Source of the DNA: a bacterium
GTDB taxonomy: Bacteria; Babelota; Babeliae; Babelales; JAUWHS01
DNA length: 64,000 nt
Reading direction: 5' to 3'
Assembly (NCBI GenBank): GCA_043818275.1
Contig: JBDRFY010000050.1
Span: 10,217 to 74,216 of the forward strand
Below are positions 30,103 to 41,316 of this stretch, piece after piece. The notes beneath the pieces were generated by a model that saw nothing but the letters and a program-made list of their open reading frames with translations, ran no database searches and was not told where the DNA came from. The stretch's first letter is position 1, and every line of letters begins with the position of its first letter. Position numbers and translations under genes: made by a program.

Positions 30103-31218
30103 ATGTTAATCGATAGACGATATTTTAGATATTTTGACTGGATAAGTTTTTCAATTACGATTCTTTTGTTGTCCTTTGGCCTCCTATTTGTTTTTAGCTC
30201 AACTTATACGCCTGAAAAACCATTCTCTATTTTTTTTAAAAAACAATTATTTGGGGCAATTACAGGATTATTTATCTATTTATTTTTTTCATTTAAAGAT
30301 TTAAGAAATCTTAGTCGTTTTGGATTTTTTTTATATTTTTTTATTCTTGTCCTTCTTACATATACATATTTAGCAGGTTTTGTTGGGATGGGTGCTAAAC
30401 GCTGGTTATCTCTTTATTTTTTTAAATTTCAGCCATCAGAACTTGTAAAATTATTTTTACCCTCTTTTCTTGCGTTTTATTTTCTGGAACAAGATTTACC
30501 CAAATACCATAAAAAATTTAATCCCAAATCAAAAGATTTTTTGTTTCCTGCAATAATTTTGTTTATAAGTTTCCTTCTCATTTTTAAACAACCAGATCTT
30601 GGCACAGCTTTAATTATTCTTTTTACAGGTTTGATTTTATTCAGGGTTATTGGGCTGAAAAATAAATTTTTTTTTATTTTAATTCTTTCATGCGCAATCA
30701 GCACACCCATAATCTGGAAAATTTTAAAACCTTATCACCAAAAAAGAATTTTGGTGCTTCTGGGTGGCGGAGAAGCTCAAAAGGACCGGTATCAAATTGA
30801 ACAATCAAAAATAGCAATCGGTTCTGGTGGTATTTTTGGTAAAGGGGTTTTAAAAGGCACACAAAATAAGCTTGCGTTTTTACCTGAAAACCATACCGAT
30901 TTTATCTTTTCAGTGATTTGTGAAGAATGGGGTTTTGTTGGAGCAATTTTTATTTTACTGTTATTTTTTTTGCTATTTACAAGAATTACTTTAATTATTT
31001 TACAGATTAAAAATTTATTTGATCAAATTATCGCTGTTGGACTTTTGACGCATCTTATTCTTTCTGTTGTAATAAATATTGGAATGACTGTAGGAATTTT
31101 ACCAATCGTGGGAATTCCGTTGCCCCTTTTTAGTTATGGAATTACACATCTCTGGATTTGCATGGCAAGTTTGGGATGGATAAATAATATTGCAATAAGG
31201 CGTTATGCTCATTATTAA
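30103..31218 (+). CDS. rodA: Rod shape-determining SEDS glycosyltransferase RodA
   Basis: GAKRWL, QPSELVK, QPDLGTA, FLPENHTDFIF and GIPLPLFSYG. Confidence 0.95.
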   Translation: MLIDRRYFRYFDWISFSITILLLSFGLLFVFSSTYTPEKPFSIFFKKQLFGAITGLFIYLFFSFKDLRNLSRFGFFLYFFILVLLTYTYLAGFVGMGAKRWLSLYFFKFQPSELVKLFLPSFLAFYFLEQDLPKYHKKFNPKSKDFLFPAIILFISFLLIFKQPDLGTALIILFTGLILFRVIGLKNKFFFILILSCAISTPIIWKILKPYHQKRILVLLGGGEAQKDRYQIEQSKIAIGSGGIFGKGVLKGTQNKLAFLPENHTDFIFSVICEEWGFVGAIFILLLFFLLFTRITLIILQIKNLFDQIIAVGLLTHLILSVVINIGMTVGILPIVGIPLPLFSYGITHLWICMASLGWINNIAIRRYAHY

Positions 31219-31327
31219 TTTTTTTTAACAAAACACTTTGAAAAACAATATTTTTCTATATAATTTACTTCACGTTTAAATGCTAAATTTGAAAATAATA
31301 TTAACCATTTTTCAGAAAGGTGGCAGG

Positions 31328-31579
31328 ATGAATCTTAAAAAATATTTCTTTCTTTTCTCATTTCTTTTGGGCCTTAGTTTTTTAAGTCAAATAAATGCTT
31401 ATACCTTAGATGAATTGCAAACAATGTTTAAAGATGTAGATATTACAAACGTAAAAGAAGTTATGAATCGAATGAGAGAAGTTAAATTTTTTGAAACTTA
31501 TCCATATGCCAATATCGAAGAAACAGCAAAACAAATACAACAATTACTTCTTGAAAATGCAATACCACCTCAAAATTAA
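31328..31579 (+). CDS. Small secreted hypothetical protein (start revised)
   Basis: GGTGGCAGG RBS-like sequence, signal peptide, followed by a terminator. Confidence 0.6.
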   Translation: MNLKKYFFLFSFLLGLSFLSQINAYTLDELQTMFKDVDITNVKEVMNRMREVKFFETYPYANIEETAKQIQQLLLENAIPPQN

Positions 31580-31605
31580 AATCTAAATTTATCTACAAAA
31601 ACTTT

Positions 31606-31640
31606 AACGGGCGAAGTTTAAAAACTCCGCCCGTTTTTTT
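31606..31640 (+). terminator. Intrinsic terminator
   Basis: aacgggcg...cgcccgtt stem followed by a T tract. Confidence 0.8.
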
Positions 31641-31759
31641 ATTTAAAGCATTGCATTTTTAAACATGCAAAAATTATTATTAAAAAGTTGCTAATTTTGA
31701 AATTTATTTTAAAAAAAAGATTCAGAATCTCTATCATTATAATTTAAAAGGATAAAGGA

Positions 31760-32953
31760 ATGAAAAAATTATTATCTCTTTTGACTCTTCCTTTTTTAAT
31801 AACCAGTTTTTATTTTCATGAAATTTCTTCAATGCAACAAACTAATACAAAATCTATTGCTAAACCAAACTTACGTAAAAAACAAACTCCAGAAGAAAAA
31901 GAAAAGCCGGAACAAAAATTCACAGAAATCATTTTTGGCCAAACAGGATCATTTTCCGGTTCACTTAAAACTTATGGCGAAATAATTAAAAATGCTATTG
32001 ATGCCTGTTTTCAGGAAGCAAACAAATCAGGGGATCTGGGTGATGTAAAATTAAAATTAATAAGTTTGGATGATAAAGGCAAAGCACAGCTCGCAGCTAA
32101 AAATATAAAAAATTTATTTGATGAAAATAAAATATATATGTTTTTGGGTTGCACCGGAACACGGGGTGTGCTAAAAGTTTTACCATTAATTAAATCAGGC
32201 AAAATAGCCATGTTTTTTCCATGGGGAGGTGACCCAGAATTAATGCAACAAGATTTAACTTATCAAATTAACGGTTTAGGTTTAATAGAACCGCAAACAG
32301 AAAAATTAATTGATTATATTGTCAATGAACTCAAATTAACCAAGATAGGAATCTTTTGCTCTGATGGAGATTTTTCACAAAAATCAGCAAATATTGCGAT
32401 AGATCAATTAAAAAAAGTTGGAATCAAACCTGTTCAAAATGTTAATTATAATCGTTTTACAATGAATATAAAAAGACCATCCAAACAATTAATTACTTAT
32501 GATCCAAAAGTCGTTTTAAGTTTAGGTACAAGTATGCCAACAGCCAAAATGATTGAATATTTTTTTAAAGCCGGAAATTTTGGGACTAATTTTTTGGGAA
32601 TTGATTCAACTTTATTTGTCAGTGAAATTTTAAAAGAAAAAAACGTAAACTTTGAATACTCATCCTGCGTTCCGGACCCAAAAAACATTGAACTTCCAAT
32701 CGTAAAAGAATATCAGGAAGTTCTCAAGAAATATTATCCTGAAGAAACTTTTAATATTTTATCATTAGCTTATTACATTCAGGCAAAAATAATTATTGAA
32801 GCAATCAAAAAGATATCAGGTCCCATAACAAAAGAAAAAATAATATCTGAGATCGAAAACATGATAAACTTTGATTTAGGTGGCTTTAAAATAAATTTTG
32901 ATTCACAAACAAGATATGCTTTTGGAAAAGATGTAATAATTTTAAAGGGATAA
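31760..32953 (+). CDS. Periplasmic binding protein type I (Venus flytrap, LivJ-like)
   Basis: Signal peptide; FGQTGSFSG, KLISLDDKG, FLGCTGT and FDLGGFKINF. Confidence 0.88.
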   Translation: MKKLLSLLTLPFLITSFYFHEISSMQQTNTKSIAKPNLRKKQTPEEKEKPEQKFTEIIFGQTGSFSGSLKTYGEIIKNAIDACFQEANKSGDLGDVKLKLISLDDKGKAQLAAKNIKNLFDENKIYMFLGCTGTRGVLKVLPLIKSGKIAMFFPWGGDPELMQQDLTYQINGLGLIEPQTEKLIDYIVNELKLTKIGIFCSDGDFSQKSANIAIDQLKKVGIKPVQNVNYNRFTMNIKRPSKQLITYDPKVVLSLGTSMPTAKMIEYFFKAGNFGTNFLGIDSTLFVSEILKEKNVNFEYSSCVPDPKNIELPIVKEYQEVLKKYYPEETFNILSLAYYIQAKIIIEAIKKISGPITKEKIISEIENMINFDLGGFKINFDSQTRYAFGKDVIILKG

Positions 32954-32955
32954 AT

Positions 32956-34035
32956 ATGAAATTTTCATTTAAATTAATGAAAACAGCAAAGTTTCAACTT
33001 ACAGCTATAATTATTGCAATATTTTATGTAGTCGGTCTTCTTTTATGGCAAAATTTTTCAACCTTTTATGCGGAAGAAATATTTACTTTAAATAAAGTTG
33101 AAAAAGCAACAAAAAAACTGGCTAATAATGTTACAGTTGGATTATACATCAACAATTTTCCATCTTTTGATTTTGATAAAAATCAGTTCATTATGGATGC
33201 TTTTTTGTCATTCAGATTTGAAGTTGGAACTGAATCAATAGACACAATTTCTAAATTTTCATTCAGAAACACTAATCTTCAAAATTTAGGTGTTTTATAT
33301 CAATCAGAGCCGATGATAAAATTAATTGGTGATGATGTCATGATTTCATATCACATCCAGGTTGAATTCAAAGCGCCGCTTGAACAAAAATATTTTCCTA
33401 TAGGAGACCACAGATTAAACATAATTTTGGAAAACAGAAGCACATCACCAAACGAATTGATATTTAATTCCAGCCTTGATGATTTTGTATTATCAAAAGA
33501 TTTGTTCGTATCTATCTGGCAACCAAAACAAAAAATGGTGCAATCTGGCTATTTAATATCTAAATTAAATGAAAAAGATCCTTCGTTAAATATTAAATAT
33601 CCAGCTGTTGTTTTTACAATTGATTTTGAAAATATCAGCAATAGAAATTTATATACTTTATATTTCCCGATGTTTGTTATTTTTCTAATCGGATTACTTT
33701 CTCTAACTATAGAAATAGCAGAAATTTCAAGATTGGCATTGGTAGCAGCATCATTACCAATTTTAGTATTATTCAGAACGGCAATTGACGCAATATCCCC
33801 TGAAGTCGGAAAAATTACAAAAGTTGACTTTGTATATTTTTTATTAGTTTTCCTTTCATTATTAATTCTTTTATTCCAGGCATTTATAACTTTAAATCTC
33901 AAAAAAATTAAAAAATTAGATGAAGAAACACAAAAAAGAAAAATTACCAGAATGGAAAACTTGAATAATCTGTTTTTTATTATTATCATTCTACTTCTTG
34001 TTGCGGCTATAACTTATGACACTTTTGTTAGATAA
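32956..34035 (+). CDS. Prokaryotic pentameric ligand-gated ion channel (GLIC/ELIC-like) homologue
   Basis: VTVGLYINN..FDF..NQF.MD beta strands, YFPIGDH Pro-loop, M1 YFPMFVIFLIG, M2 RLALVAASL, SPEVGKITKVD M2-M3 loop, M3 and M4. Confidence 0.8.
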   Translation: MKFSFKLMKTAKFQLTAIIIAIFYVVGLLLWQNFSTFYAEEIFTLNKVEKATKKLANNVTVGLYINNFPSFDFDKNQFIMDAFLSFRFEVGTESIDTISKFSFRNTNLQNLGVLYQSEPMIKLIGDDVMISYHIQVEFKAPLEQKYFPIGDHRLNIILENRSTSPNELIFNSSLDDFVLSKDLFVSIWQPKQKMVQSGYLISKLNEKDPSLNIKYPAVVFTIDFENISNRNLYTLYFPMFVIFLIGLLSLTIEIAEISRLALVAASLPILVLFRTAIDAISPEVGKITKVDFVYFLLVFLSLLILLFQAFITLNLKKIKKLDEETQKRKITRMENLNNLFFIIIILLLVAAITYDTFVR

Positions 34036-34056
34036 CTAACCAAATAAAAATTATAA

Positions 34057-35325
34057 ATGCTATTTTTTATTACATATCAGGTAATACAAATATTACTTTT
34101 ACCTTTTTTTGTTATTTTTCTTTTCCTAAGAAAAATAAAACGCAAACCAGTATTTGGATCATTTAAAGAACGTTTTGGCCTTATTCCAAAAAGCCCTACA
34201 AATAAAAAAATAATATGGATTCAGGCGGTTTCAGTCGGCGAAGTTCTTTCAATTCAGGATTTAATTAATAAAATAAAAAAAGAAATTCCAGATTCTTTTT
34301 GTTATTTAACAGTCGGAACATTATCAGGCAAAAAAATAGCACAGAATAAAAAAATTGGTGATCAAATAAGTTTTTTACCCTACGATCTTCTTCCTTTAAT
34401 GTACTTAGCTTACAAACGAATAAAACCATTTAAAATAATTATTGCTGAAGCTGATATATGGCCAAACTTTTTATACCTTGCCAAATTAAAAAAAATTCCA
34501 CTTTTTATAATTAATGCGCGAATGAATGACAAATCAAAAAACAAATATCATAAATTCAGATTCATCTTTAAAAATCTTTTTAATATCGCCCAAAAAATTT
34601 TCACTCAAAGTGAAAAAGATACCAATGAATTCAAAATCCTTGGTGTTAAAAAAAATAAACTTGAAACATTGGGAAATATTAAAATTCCAAATGTTCTGGA
34701 AAAACAAAAAAATACAATCTTGCCTAAAATTAATTTAAATTATCCAATACTTCTTGCGGGCTCCATTCACACCGGAGAAATGGATATTTACATAAATTTA
34801 TTTAAAAAGCTAAAAATTACTTTTTCTAATTTAAAAATTATAATTGCCCCTCGACATTTTCATTGGCAAGAAGAATTATTGGAAAAATTAAGACTATCAC
34901 AAATAAATTTTATTTCCTGGCAAGATAAATATTGCAACATAACAATCATTGAAAAATTAAATAATTTTGATGCATTAATCGTCTTAAAACTCGGTGAACT
35001 TTTTAATCTTTATCCTTTTTGCAATATCTTTTTTTTGGGTGGAACATTTGTTCCTATTGGTGGGCATAATTTACTTGAGCCTGCCGCATGGAGTAAACTT
35101 TCAATAATTGGGCCTTATGATTCTAATTGCAGGGTAATCGCTGATGAGCTTGAAAAAAACAATGGTTTAATAAGAGTTAAAAATGAAAATGAATTATTTA
35201 TTCAAACTAAAAATTTATTAGAAAATAAAAAATATATTTATATGGGAAAAAATGCGCATGATTGGTTGGAAAAAGAAGCAAAAATTGTAAATGCAAAATT
35301 AAATAATTTCATTGAAGAATTGTAA
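34057..35325 (+). CDS. waaA: 3-deoxy-D-manno-octulosonic acid (Kdo) transferase
   Basis: IWIQAVSVGE, EADIWPN, INARM, APRH and GGHNLLEPA. Confidence 0.92.
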   Translation: MLFFITYQVIQILLLPFFVIFLFLRKIKRKPVFGSFKERFGLIPKSPTNKKIIWIQAVSVGEVLSIQDLINKIKKEIPDSFCYLTVGTLSGKKIAQNKKIGDQISFLPYDLLPLMYLAYKRIKPFKIIIAEADIWPNFLYLAKLKKIPLFIINARMNDKSKNKYHKFRFIFKNLFNIAQKIFTQSEKDTNEFKILGVKKNKLETLGNIKIPNVLEKQKNTILPKINLNYPILLAGSIHTGEMDIYINLFKKLKITFSNLKIIIAPRHFHWQEELLEKLRLSQINFISWQDKYCNITIIEKLNNFDALIVLKLGELFNLYPFCNIFFLGGTFVPIGGHNLLEPAAWSKLSIIGPYDSNCRVIADELEKNNGLIRVKNENELFIQTKNLLENKKYIYMGKNAHDWLEKEAKIVNAKLNNFIEEL

Positions 35326-35331
35326 AAATAA

Positions 35332-35360
35332 ATCCCGGTGTTTAATCCGGGATATATTTT
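35332..35360. terminator. Bidirectional terminator between waaA and lon
   Basis: atcccgg...ccgggat hairpin. Confidence 0.7.
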
Positions 35361-37720
35361 TATTTAGACTTCCGTTTAGGTTTTCGCTTTAAAGCGTGTT
35401 CAATAACCTGATCCATGGAATCAACATAAGTAATTTCGAGTTTGGAATTTAACTCTTTTTCAAATTCTTTTATATCTTTTTCATTTTCTTTTGGAACCAA
35501 AACCTTAGTCACGCCAAACCTGGATGCTGCCAGTAATTTTTCTTTTAATCCACCAACACCCAAAACTCGTCCTCTTAAGGTAACCTCACCTGTCATAGCC
35601 AACTTACTTTTAACAGGAATTTTGGTTAATGCTGAAGCTAAAGCTATTCCCATTGTAATGCCAGCTGATGGACCATCCTTTGGAATTGCTCCTTCCGGAA
35701 CATGAACATGAACATCAAGATCAGAATAAAAATCAGGTTTTAATCCAAAATCTTTTGCCCGGGAACGGATATAACTCATTGCAGCCTGAGCAGATTCCTG
35801 CATAACCTCACCTAGCTGTCCTGTCAAAGTTAAAGCTCCTTTACCCTTGAGCACACTAACTTCAACTTCCAAAATATCGCCTCCCATTTCTGTCCAGGCA
35901 AGACCAACAGCAAGGCCCGGTTTCGTATCTTTTTTCTTTTCCGGTTTTCTGAACCTTGGAACACCTAACCATTTTTCAAGTTTCTCTTCATCAATTGAAA
36001 CTTTTTTAATTTTATTGTCTTTCAAAATTGATTGTATGCTTTTACGTAAAAGTTTGGCCAAAACTCGTTCTAACTGTCGTACACCAGCCTCTTTTGTGTA
36101 TTCATCAACCAAAAGTCTTAATGCTTCTTTTTTTATATAAATTTGTGATGCCTTTAAACAATATTCATTTAATAATTTTGGCAACAAAAAGTTTTGTGCT
36201 ATCTCCATTTTTTCCGCTTCTGTATATCCGGAAAGTTCAATAATTTCCATTCTGTCCAACAAAGGATAAGGAATGCTATCAATAATATTAGCAGTCGTTA
36301 TAAACATAACCCTGGATAAATCATAATCAACTTCAACAAAATAATCCGCAAACGCTTTGTTTTGTTCCGGATCCAAAACTTCAAGCAAGGCTGCAGCAGG
36401 ATCTCCTCTAAAATCCATGGACATTTTATCAATCTCATCCAAAACGATTAATGGATTTATAACCTGAGCCTTTTTCATAGCCTGAATAATTTTTCCTGGC
36501 ATTGCGCCAATGTATGTTTTTCTGTGACCCCTAATCTCTGCTTCATCTCGCATCCCACCTAGTGAAATACGAATTAATTTTCTGCCCAAAGAATCTGCAA
36601 TAGACATAGCAAGAGAGGTTTTTCCAACGCCCGGAGGGCCAACTAAACACAAAATTGGAGCTTTTTTTAAATTCTTACCCGCAAATTTTTTAGCTGCCAA
36701 AAATTCAAAAATTCGCTCTTTTACTTTTTGCATTCCGGCATGGGAAGAATTAAGAATTTTTTCAGCCTCAGTTAAACTGATATCATCCCTTGTTTCTTTG
36801 TACCAGGGAATAGAAAATAACCAGTCGATATAATGCCTGCTAACAGTAGCTTCAGGAGAAGTCGGTTGCATTTGTTCCAAACGTTTTAATTCTGCTTCAG
36901 CTTTATTGCCAGCCTCGGGAGAAAGCTTTAATTCTTTCATTTTATTTAAAAGATCAGCGACTTCTTTTTGATAATCTTCCCGGCCCAATTCTCTGTGAAT
37001 AGCGCGAATCTGTTCATTTAAATAATAATCTTTTTGATTTTTTTCTACCTGTTTTTGAACCTGTTGCTTAATTTTTCGCTCAGTTTTTAAAACCTCAATT
37101 TCATTACTAAGAATAACACTGAGTCTTGTTACACGTTGCCTAAGATCCACAATTTCAAGAAAGGCTTGTCTTTCTTTAAAACTTAAGGGCAATTGAACAG
37201 CTATAGCGTCAGTTAAATAATCAAGATCATCAGTCCCCTTAATAGCTCCTAAAACATCCGGTGATATTTTTTCATTTAAAGCTATATATTCTTTAAACAA
37301 ATCAAATAAACTTCTCCATAAAGCCTTAGCCTCTATTTCCCTTTCAATTTTTTCTGGAATTAAATCCTCAACCTCAGCTTCAATAAAACCATTTGTTGAA
37401 TTAACCCGCTTAATATGACAACGGGCAATGCCTTCAATAAGAATTTTTAAAGTTCCATTTGGCAAACGGGCAACTTGTAAAATAAATGCTCTGGTTCCAT
37501 AGTGAAAAATATCATCTGAAGCAGGATTTTCTATATTTATTGATCTTTGCGCGGTAACAAAGATTTCTTTATTTTTTTGCATAGCAGCTTCAACGGCCTT
37601 TATAGATACATCCCTGCCAACTACAACCGGAATTATACTTTTAGGCAAAGCAACCAAATTTTTAAGTGGCAAAACAGGTAATATTTTAGGATTTAAAATT
37701 CTAAATGACTGTTGTTCCAT
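35360..37720 (-). CDS. lon: ATP-dependent protease La
   Basis: [23 protein letters not shown] and KEKLLAA. Confidence 0.97.
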   Translation of the reverse strand: MEQQSFRILNPKILPVLPLKNLVALPKSIIPVVVGRDVSIKAVEAAMQKNKEIFVTAQRSINIENPASDDIFHYGTRAFILQVARLPNGTLKILIEGIARCHIKRVNSTNGFIEAEVEDLIPEKIEREIEAKALWRSLFDLFKEYIALNEKISPDVLGAIKGTDDLDYLTDAIAVQLPLSFKERQAFLEIVDLRQRVTRLSVILSNEIEVLKTERKIKQQVQKQVEKNQKDYYLNEQIRAIHRELGREDYQKEVADLLNKMKELKLSPEAGNKAEAELKRLEQMQPTSPEATVSRHYIDWLFSIPWYKETRDDISLTEAEKILNSSHAGMQKVKERIFEFLAAKKFAGKNLKKAPILCLVGPPGVGKTSLAMSIADSLGRKLIRISLGGMRDEAEIRGHRKTYIGAMPGKIIQAMKKAQVINPLIVLDEIDKMSMDFRGDPAAALLEVLDPEQNKAFADYFVEVDYDLSRVMFITTANIIDSIPYPLLDRMEIIELSGYTEAEKMEIAQNFLLPKLLNEYCLKASQIYIKKEALRLLVDEYTKEAGVRQLERVLAKLLRKSIQSILKDNKIKKVSIDEEKLEKWLGVPRFRKPEKKKDTKPGLAVGLAWTEMGGDILEVEVSVLKGKGALTLTGQLGEVMQESAQAAMSYIRSRAKDFGLKPDFYSDLDVHVHVPEGAIPKDGPSAGITMGIALASALTKIPVKSKLAMTGEVTLRGRVLGVGGLKEKLLAASRFGVTKVLVPKENEKDIKEFEKELNSKLEITYVDSMDQVIEHALKRKPKRKSK

Positions 37721-37990
37721 GAATAATTAGCTTTCTAATTTTTTAAAATATTATATTTAATAATCTTAATAATTAATTTTTTACAATACGAAATCTAAAA
37801 GCTTCAAGCGCCCAAATAGGTTACAAGAAGAAATGACCCCACCAAATTTTTTAGTCCAATACTATAAAGTTTAATGATAAAAAAAAAGACAAATAAAGCA
37901 AGAAAAACAATCAAATAAACAAGTTATGAAAAATTACGGCACAAACTTTAAAAAAACCTTAGAAATCCAATATTTAAGATAGTTTTTAAA

Positions 37991-38018
37991 TTGACATTTT
38001 AATATGCAACCTTATAAT
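37991..38018 (+). promoter_or_regulatory. Consensus sigma70 promoter upstream of the NTT pair
   Basis: TTGACA - 16 nt - TATAAT, followed by an approximately 170-nt leader. Confidence 0.7.
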
Positions 38019-38190
38019 TCAAGTTATATAACAACGAGTTCGAATCTTTATTTATTTCCAGAATAGGGACATCTAAAAATAAAGTCTAATGTTTGAAACT
38101 TTAAGCTTAAAAGCAATAAATAACCTATTTAATAGATAAAGACATACAAAATTGGGGTAAAAATTAATTACTCATTTTTGGGGAGTTTTC

Positions 38191-39645
38191 ATGCAAGTTA
38201 ATGATGAGGTTGACAACAAGGATGAAGAAAAAAAATCTCTTTCGAATTTATTGTGGGGAATACAAAAAGAGTTTCGATTAAAAGTATTTTTTCAGGCTGC
38301 AACATTTCTTCTAATGTCTTCTTGCTTGGCTATCTGGAGACCTTTAAAAATTTCTGTTTTTTCAAAAATAGTTGGCTCAAGTTACATTCCGGAAGCAAAA
38401 CTTTACAGCCTGTTTTTTTTGATTCCTCTAATCATTTTTTATTCAAAACTTGTTGATATTCTCAGAAGACATCAACTTTTATACTGTTTCAATCTGTTTC
38501 ATGGCGCGGGTGGAATTATCCTTTATTATTTTTTATCCCATCCTGTTTATGGAATAGCAAATACGGATACCAGCCCTTATAGATTAACCGGCTGGTTTTT
38601 TTATTTTTTCATGGAAAGTTTTAATGCTTTTTTGTCAACAGTTTTTTGGTCTTTTGCTGATTCAATAAATAAACCTAAAGATGCTCAAAATTACTATGGA
38701 CTAATTGTTTCTGGATCTAAGATTGGTGGAATTTTATCCGCGGGTAGCCTATATGTTGCAATAAGTTTTTTCACTTCTACAAGCAATTCAGTTCTACTAT
38801 CAAATTCTCTTCTTATTGGAAGCCTAATGTTATTTGCTGCCGCGGGATCAATATATTTTTTAATAAAAATGGTTCCCGGATATTACATGCATGGATACGA
38901 AAAGGTTTATCAATTAGAAAAACAAAGAGAACCAGAAAAGAGCGTGCTTCAAAAAACTTCTGGCAATTGGATAACAGGTTTTATTCAAAGTATAAAAAAA
39001 GCCTTTGAGGGATTAATAATTATTTTAAAAAATCCATACGTCCTGGGAATTTTTTCAATAATAATAATCTATGAAATTATGATTGTTATTATTGATTACA
39101 GAGTCGCAATTACTGCAGATATAGCATTTCCATCAGTTGGAAAAATGACTCAATATTACGCTTTATATTATTTACTCATGAATTCAGTTGGTCTTGTTAT
39201 TTCATTTTTTGGCACAACCGCAATATTAAAATTACTTGGAATTAGAATTTCTCTTTTTATATTTCCTTTAGCGAGTGCGGCTATAATTTTAATAACATTT
39301 TTTTATCCGACAGCAACAATTTTCTTCATAGCGCTAGTCACCTTAAGAGCTCTTAATTATGCATTAAACCATCCAATAAGAGAAATTTTGTATATTCCCA
39401 CAATTAAAGATATAAAATTTAAAGCAAAAGCATGGACGGATGCTTTTGGTTCAAGAATAGCAAAAGGCGGAGGATCATTTTTTAATATTGGAATGAAAAA
39501 AGCAACTCCGGCATTTGCATTATTTTTTAGTACAGCACTAACAATGGGATTAATTTCTATTTGGTTTGTAATTGTTTATTTCTTGGGAAAAACACTCAAG
39601 GATGCTCTTGATAATCAAAAAATCATTGGTAATAAAACAGATTAA
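38191..39645 (+). CDS. Tlc/NTT family nucleotide (ATP/ADP) transporter
   Basis: RPLK, FWSFADSI, YALNHPIREILYIP and KFKAKAWTDAFGSRIAK; about 12 TM helices. Confidence 0.9.
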   Translation: MQVNDEVDNKDEEKKSLSNLLWGIQKEFRLKVFFQAATFLLMSSCLAIWRPLKISVFSKIVGSSYIPEAKLYSLFFLIPLIIFYSKLVDILRRHQLLYCFNLFHGAGGIILYYFLSHPVYGIANTDTSPYRLTGWFFYFFMESFNAFLSTVFWSFADSINKPKDAQNYYGLIVSGSKIGGILSAGSLYVAISFFTSTSNSVLLSNSLLIGSLMLFAAAGSIYFLIKMVPGYYMHGYEKVYQLEKQREPEKSVLQKTSGNWITGFIQSIKKAFEGLIIILKNPYVLGIFSIIIIYEIMIVIIDYRVAITADIAFPSVGKMTQYYALYYLLMNSVGLVISFFGTTAILKLLGIRISLFIFPLASAAIILITFFYPTATIFFIALVTLRALNYALNHPIREILYIPTIKDIKFKAKAWTDAFGSRIAKGGGSFFNIGMKKATPAFALFFSTALTMGLISIWFVIVYFLGKTLKDALDNQKIIGNKTD

Positions 39646-39677
39646 AAATTAAAAGATATTAGGGAGTAAGAAGGATT

Positions 39678-41141
39678 ATGAGCGCAGTTATTACAGAAGA
39701 AAACAACTTAAATCGCGACAAATATCATGAAATACTAAAGGTCTCTCTTCTCTCCGCAATATTTTTTTGCATAATAGGCTCTTACTCAATTCTTCGCCCC
39801 TTGAAAACATCAATTTTTTTTAGTATTGTTGGCAAAGAATATCAGCCATTAACAAAATTCATATCTATCTTCGCACTTATTCCCGCGCTATTACTTTATG
39901 CCAAATTAATAGATAAACTTAAACGGTATCAGGTTGTTTACCTTTTCTTTTTTTTATATGCAGGTTTATCAGTTTTATTTGCGTATCTTCTAACAAATTC
40001 AACAATTGGCTTGCCAAACACAAATACTAGCGTAAATAGAATATTCGGTTGGATATTTTATTTATTTGTTGATTTGTTTTCACCATTAATAGTTAGTACT
40101 TTTTGGGCGTTTGTAAATTCAATTTACATACCAAACAAAGCACAAAAGAATTATGGAATAATTGTTGCGGTATCGAGAGTTGGTGGAATATTAACAACCG
40201 GTTTTAGCTGGTTATTAATAAATCAAACTAGTTTAGCCTCATTTAATACAATACCAATACTAACAGCAATTCCGGCAATTTTATTAATAGCAGCCGGATT
40301 TCTTTTAAAGGGTATGAAAAAAATTCCGAAAGAACATCTAATTGGATACGAAGAACAACATTCTAAAGAACAAAATCTTTCCAAAAAAGAAAAAACGGGG
40401 ATTTTGGAAGGATTACAACTTATGTTTAAACAACCATATGTTTTTGGTATTTTTGGATTAGTTTATTCTTTTGAAATAATATCTGTAATTTTTGATTATC
40501 AGATGCAGGTATTAATATCTATCGCAAATAACAATGAACTCGGAGGTATGACATCATATATGCTTCTTTATACCGGAAGCTTTCAAGTCTTGGCTCTTAT
40601 TTTTGCCATTTTTGGAACATCCAGACTTTTAAAATCTATTGGAACAAAAAAAAGCCTTCTTCTTCCTCCAATTGCAACTATAATTTTAATTTTAAGTCTT
40701 TTATTTCATCCAGGTTTAATAACTATTTTTATTGTGATGGTGGTACTCAGAGCTTTACATTACGGATTTAATACACCTGTTCGTGAAATTTTATACATAC
40801 CAACAACAAAAGATATAAAATTTAAATCCAAATCCTGGATAGATTCATTTGGAAGAACTCTATCAAAAACATCCGGTTCCACTTTCAATTGGTTTGCACA
40901 AAGCCCTAATTATCTTTCAATAATTAGATTAGATTCTTTGTTTTGCCTGGGAATTGTTGGTGTTTGGGGTGTTATTTCATTTCTAGTTGGCAAAAAATAT
41001 GAAATAACAGTTGATTCTGGTGAAATTATAGGTCAAAGACGGGAATTAAAGCCAGCACAAAAAGCAGAAGAACCTACAATTCAAAAAAATCAAATCGAAA
41101 CGGATATAGCAAAACCTTCTTATACAGCCAAAACCAAATAA
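39678..41141 (+). CDS. Tlc/NTT family nucleotide (ATP/ADP) transporter, second paralogue
   Basis: YSILRPLK, FWAFVNSI, REILYIPT and KFKSKSWIDSFGR. Confidence 0.9.
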   Translation: MSAVITEENNLNRDKYHEILKVSLLSAIFFCIIGSYSILRPLKTSIFFSIVGKEYQPLTKFISIFALIPALLLYAKLIDKLKRYQVVYLFFFLYAGLSVLFAYLLTNSTIGLPNTNTSVNRIFGWIFYLFVDLFSPLIVSTFWAFVNSIYIPNKAQKNYGIIVAVSRVGGILTTGFSWLLINQTSLASFNTIPILTAIPAILLIAAGFLLKGMKKIPKEHLIGYEEQHSKEQNLSKKEKTGILEGLQLMFKQPYVFGIFGLVYSFEIISVIFDYQMQVLISIANNNELGGMTSYMLLYTGSFQVLALIFAIFGTSRLLKSIGTKKSLLLPPIATIILILSLLFHPGLITIFIVMVVLRALHYGFNTPVREILYIPTTKDIKFKSKSWIDSFGRTLSKTSGSTFNWFAQSPNYLSIIRLDSLFCLGIVGVWGVISFLVGKKYEITVDSGEIIGQRRELKPAQKAEEPTIQKNQIETDIAKPSYTAKTK

Positions 41142-41222
41142 AAATAATCGGTTGCGATTTATGTTCTTTTTGATAAAATTACACTTTCTCCTTAGTTTTA
41201 TTGTTTTTTATGTAAATTGAAC

Positions 41223-41314
41223 TTACTTACTATCAAATATGGGTGGTCTAACTTTTTTAGTTTTTTAAACCTAAAAAGTACCTCAGTAAGTAACAGGTAT
41301 AACCCGAAAGGTTA
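41223..41314 (+). promoter_or_regulatory. rpsB leader (S2 autogenous operator / t44-like structure)
   Basis: ttacttact/agtaagtaa stem enclosing GGGT and an inner hairpin; downstream ATAACCC can pair with GGGT; candidate promoter TTGCGA/TAAAAT at 41152-41179. Confidence 0.55.
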
Positions 41315-41316
41315 AA

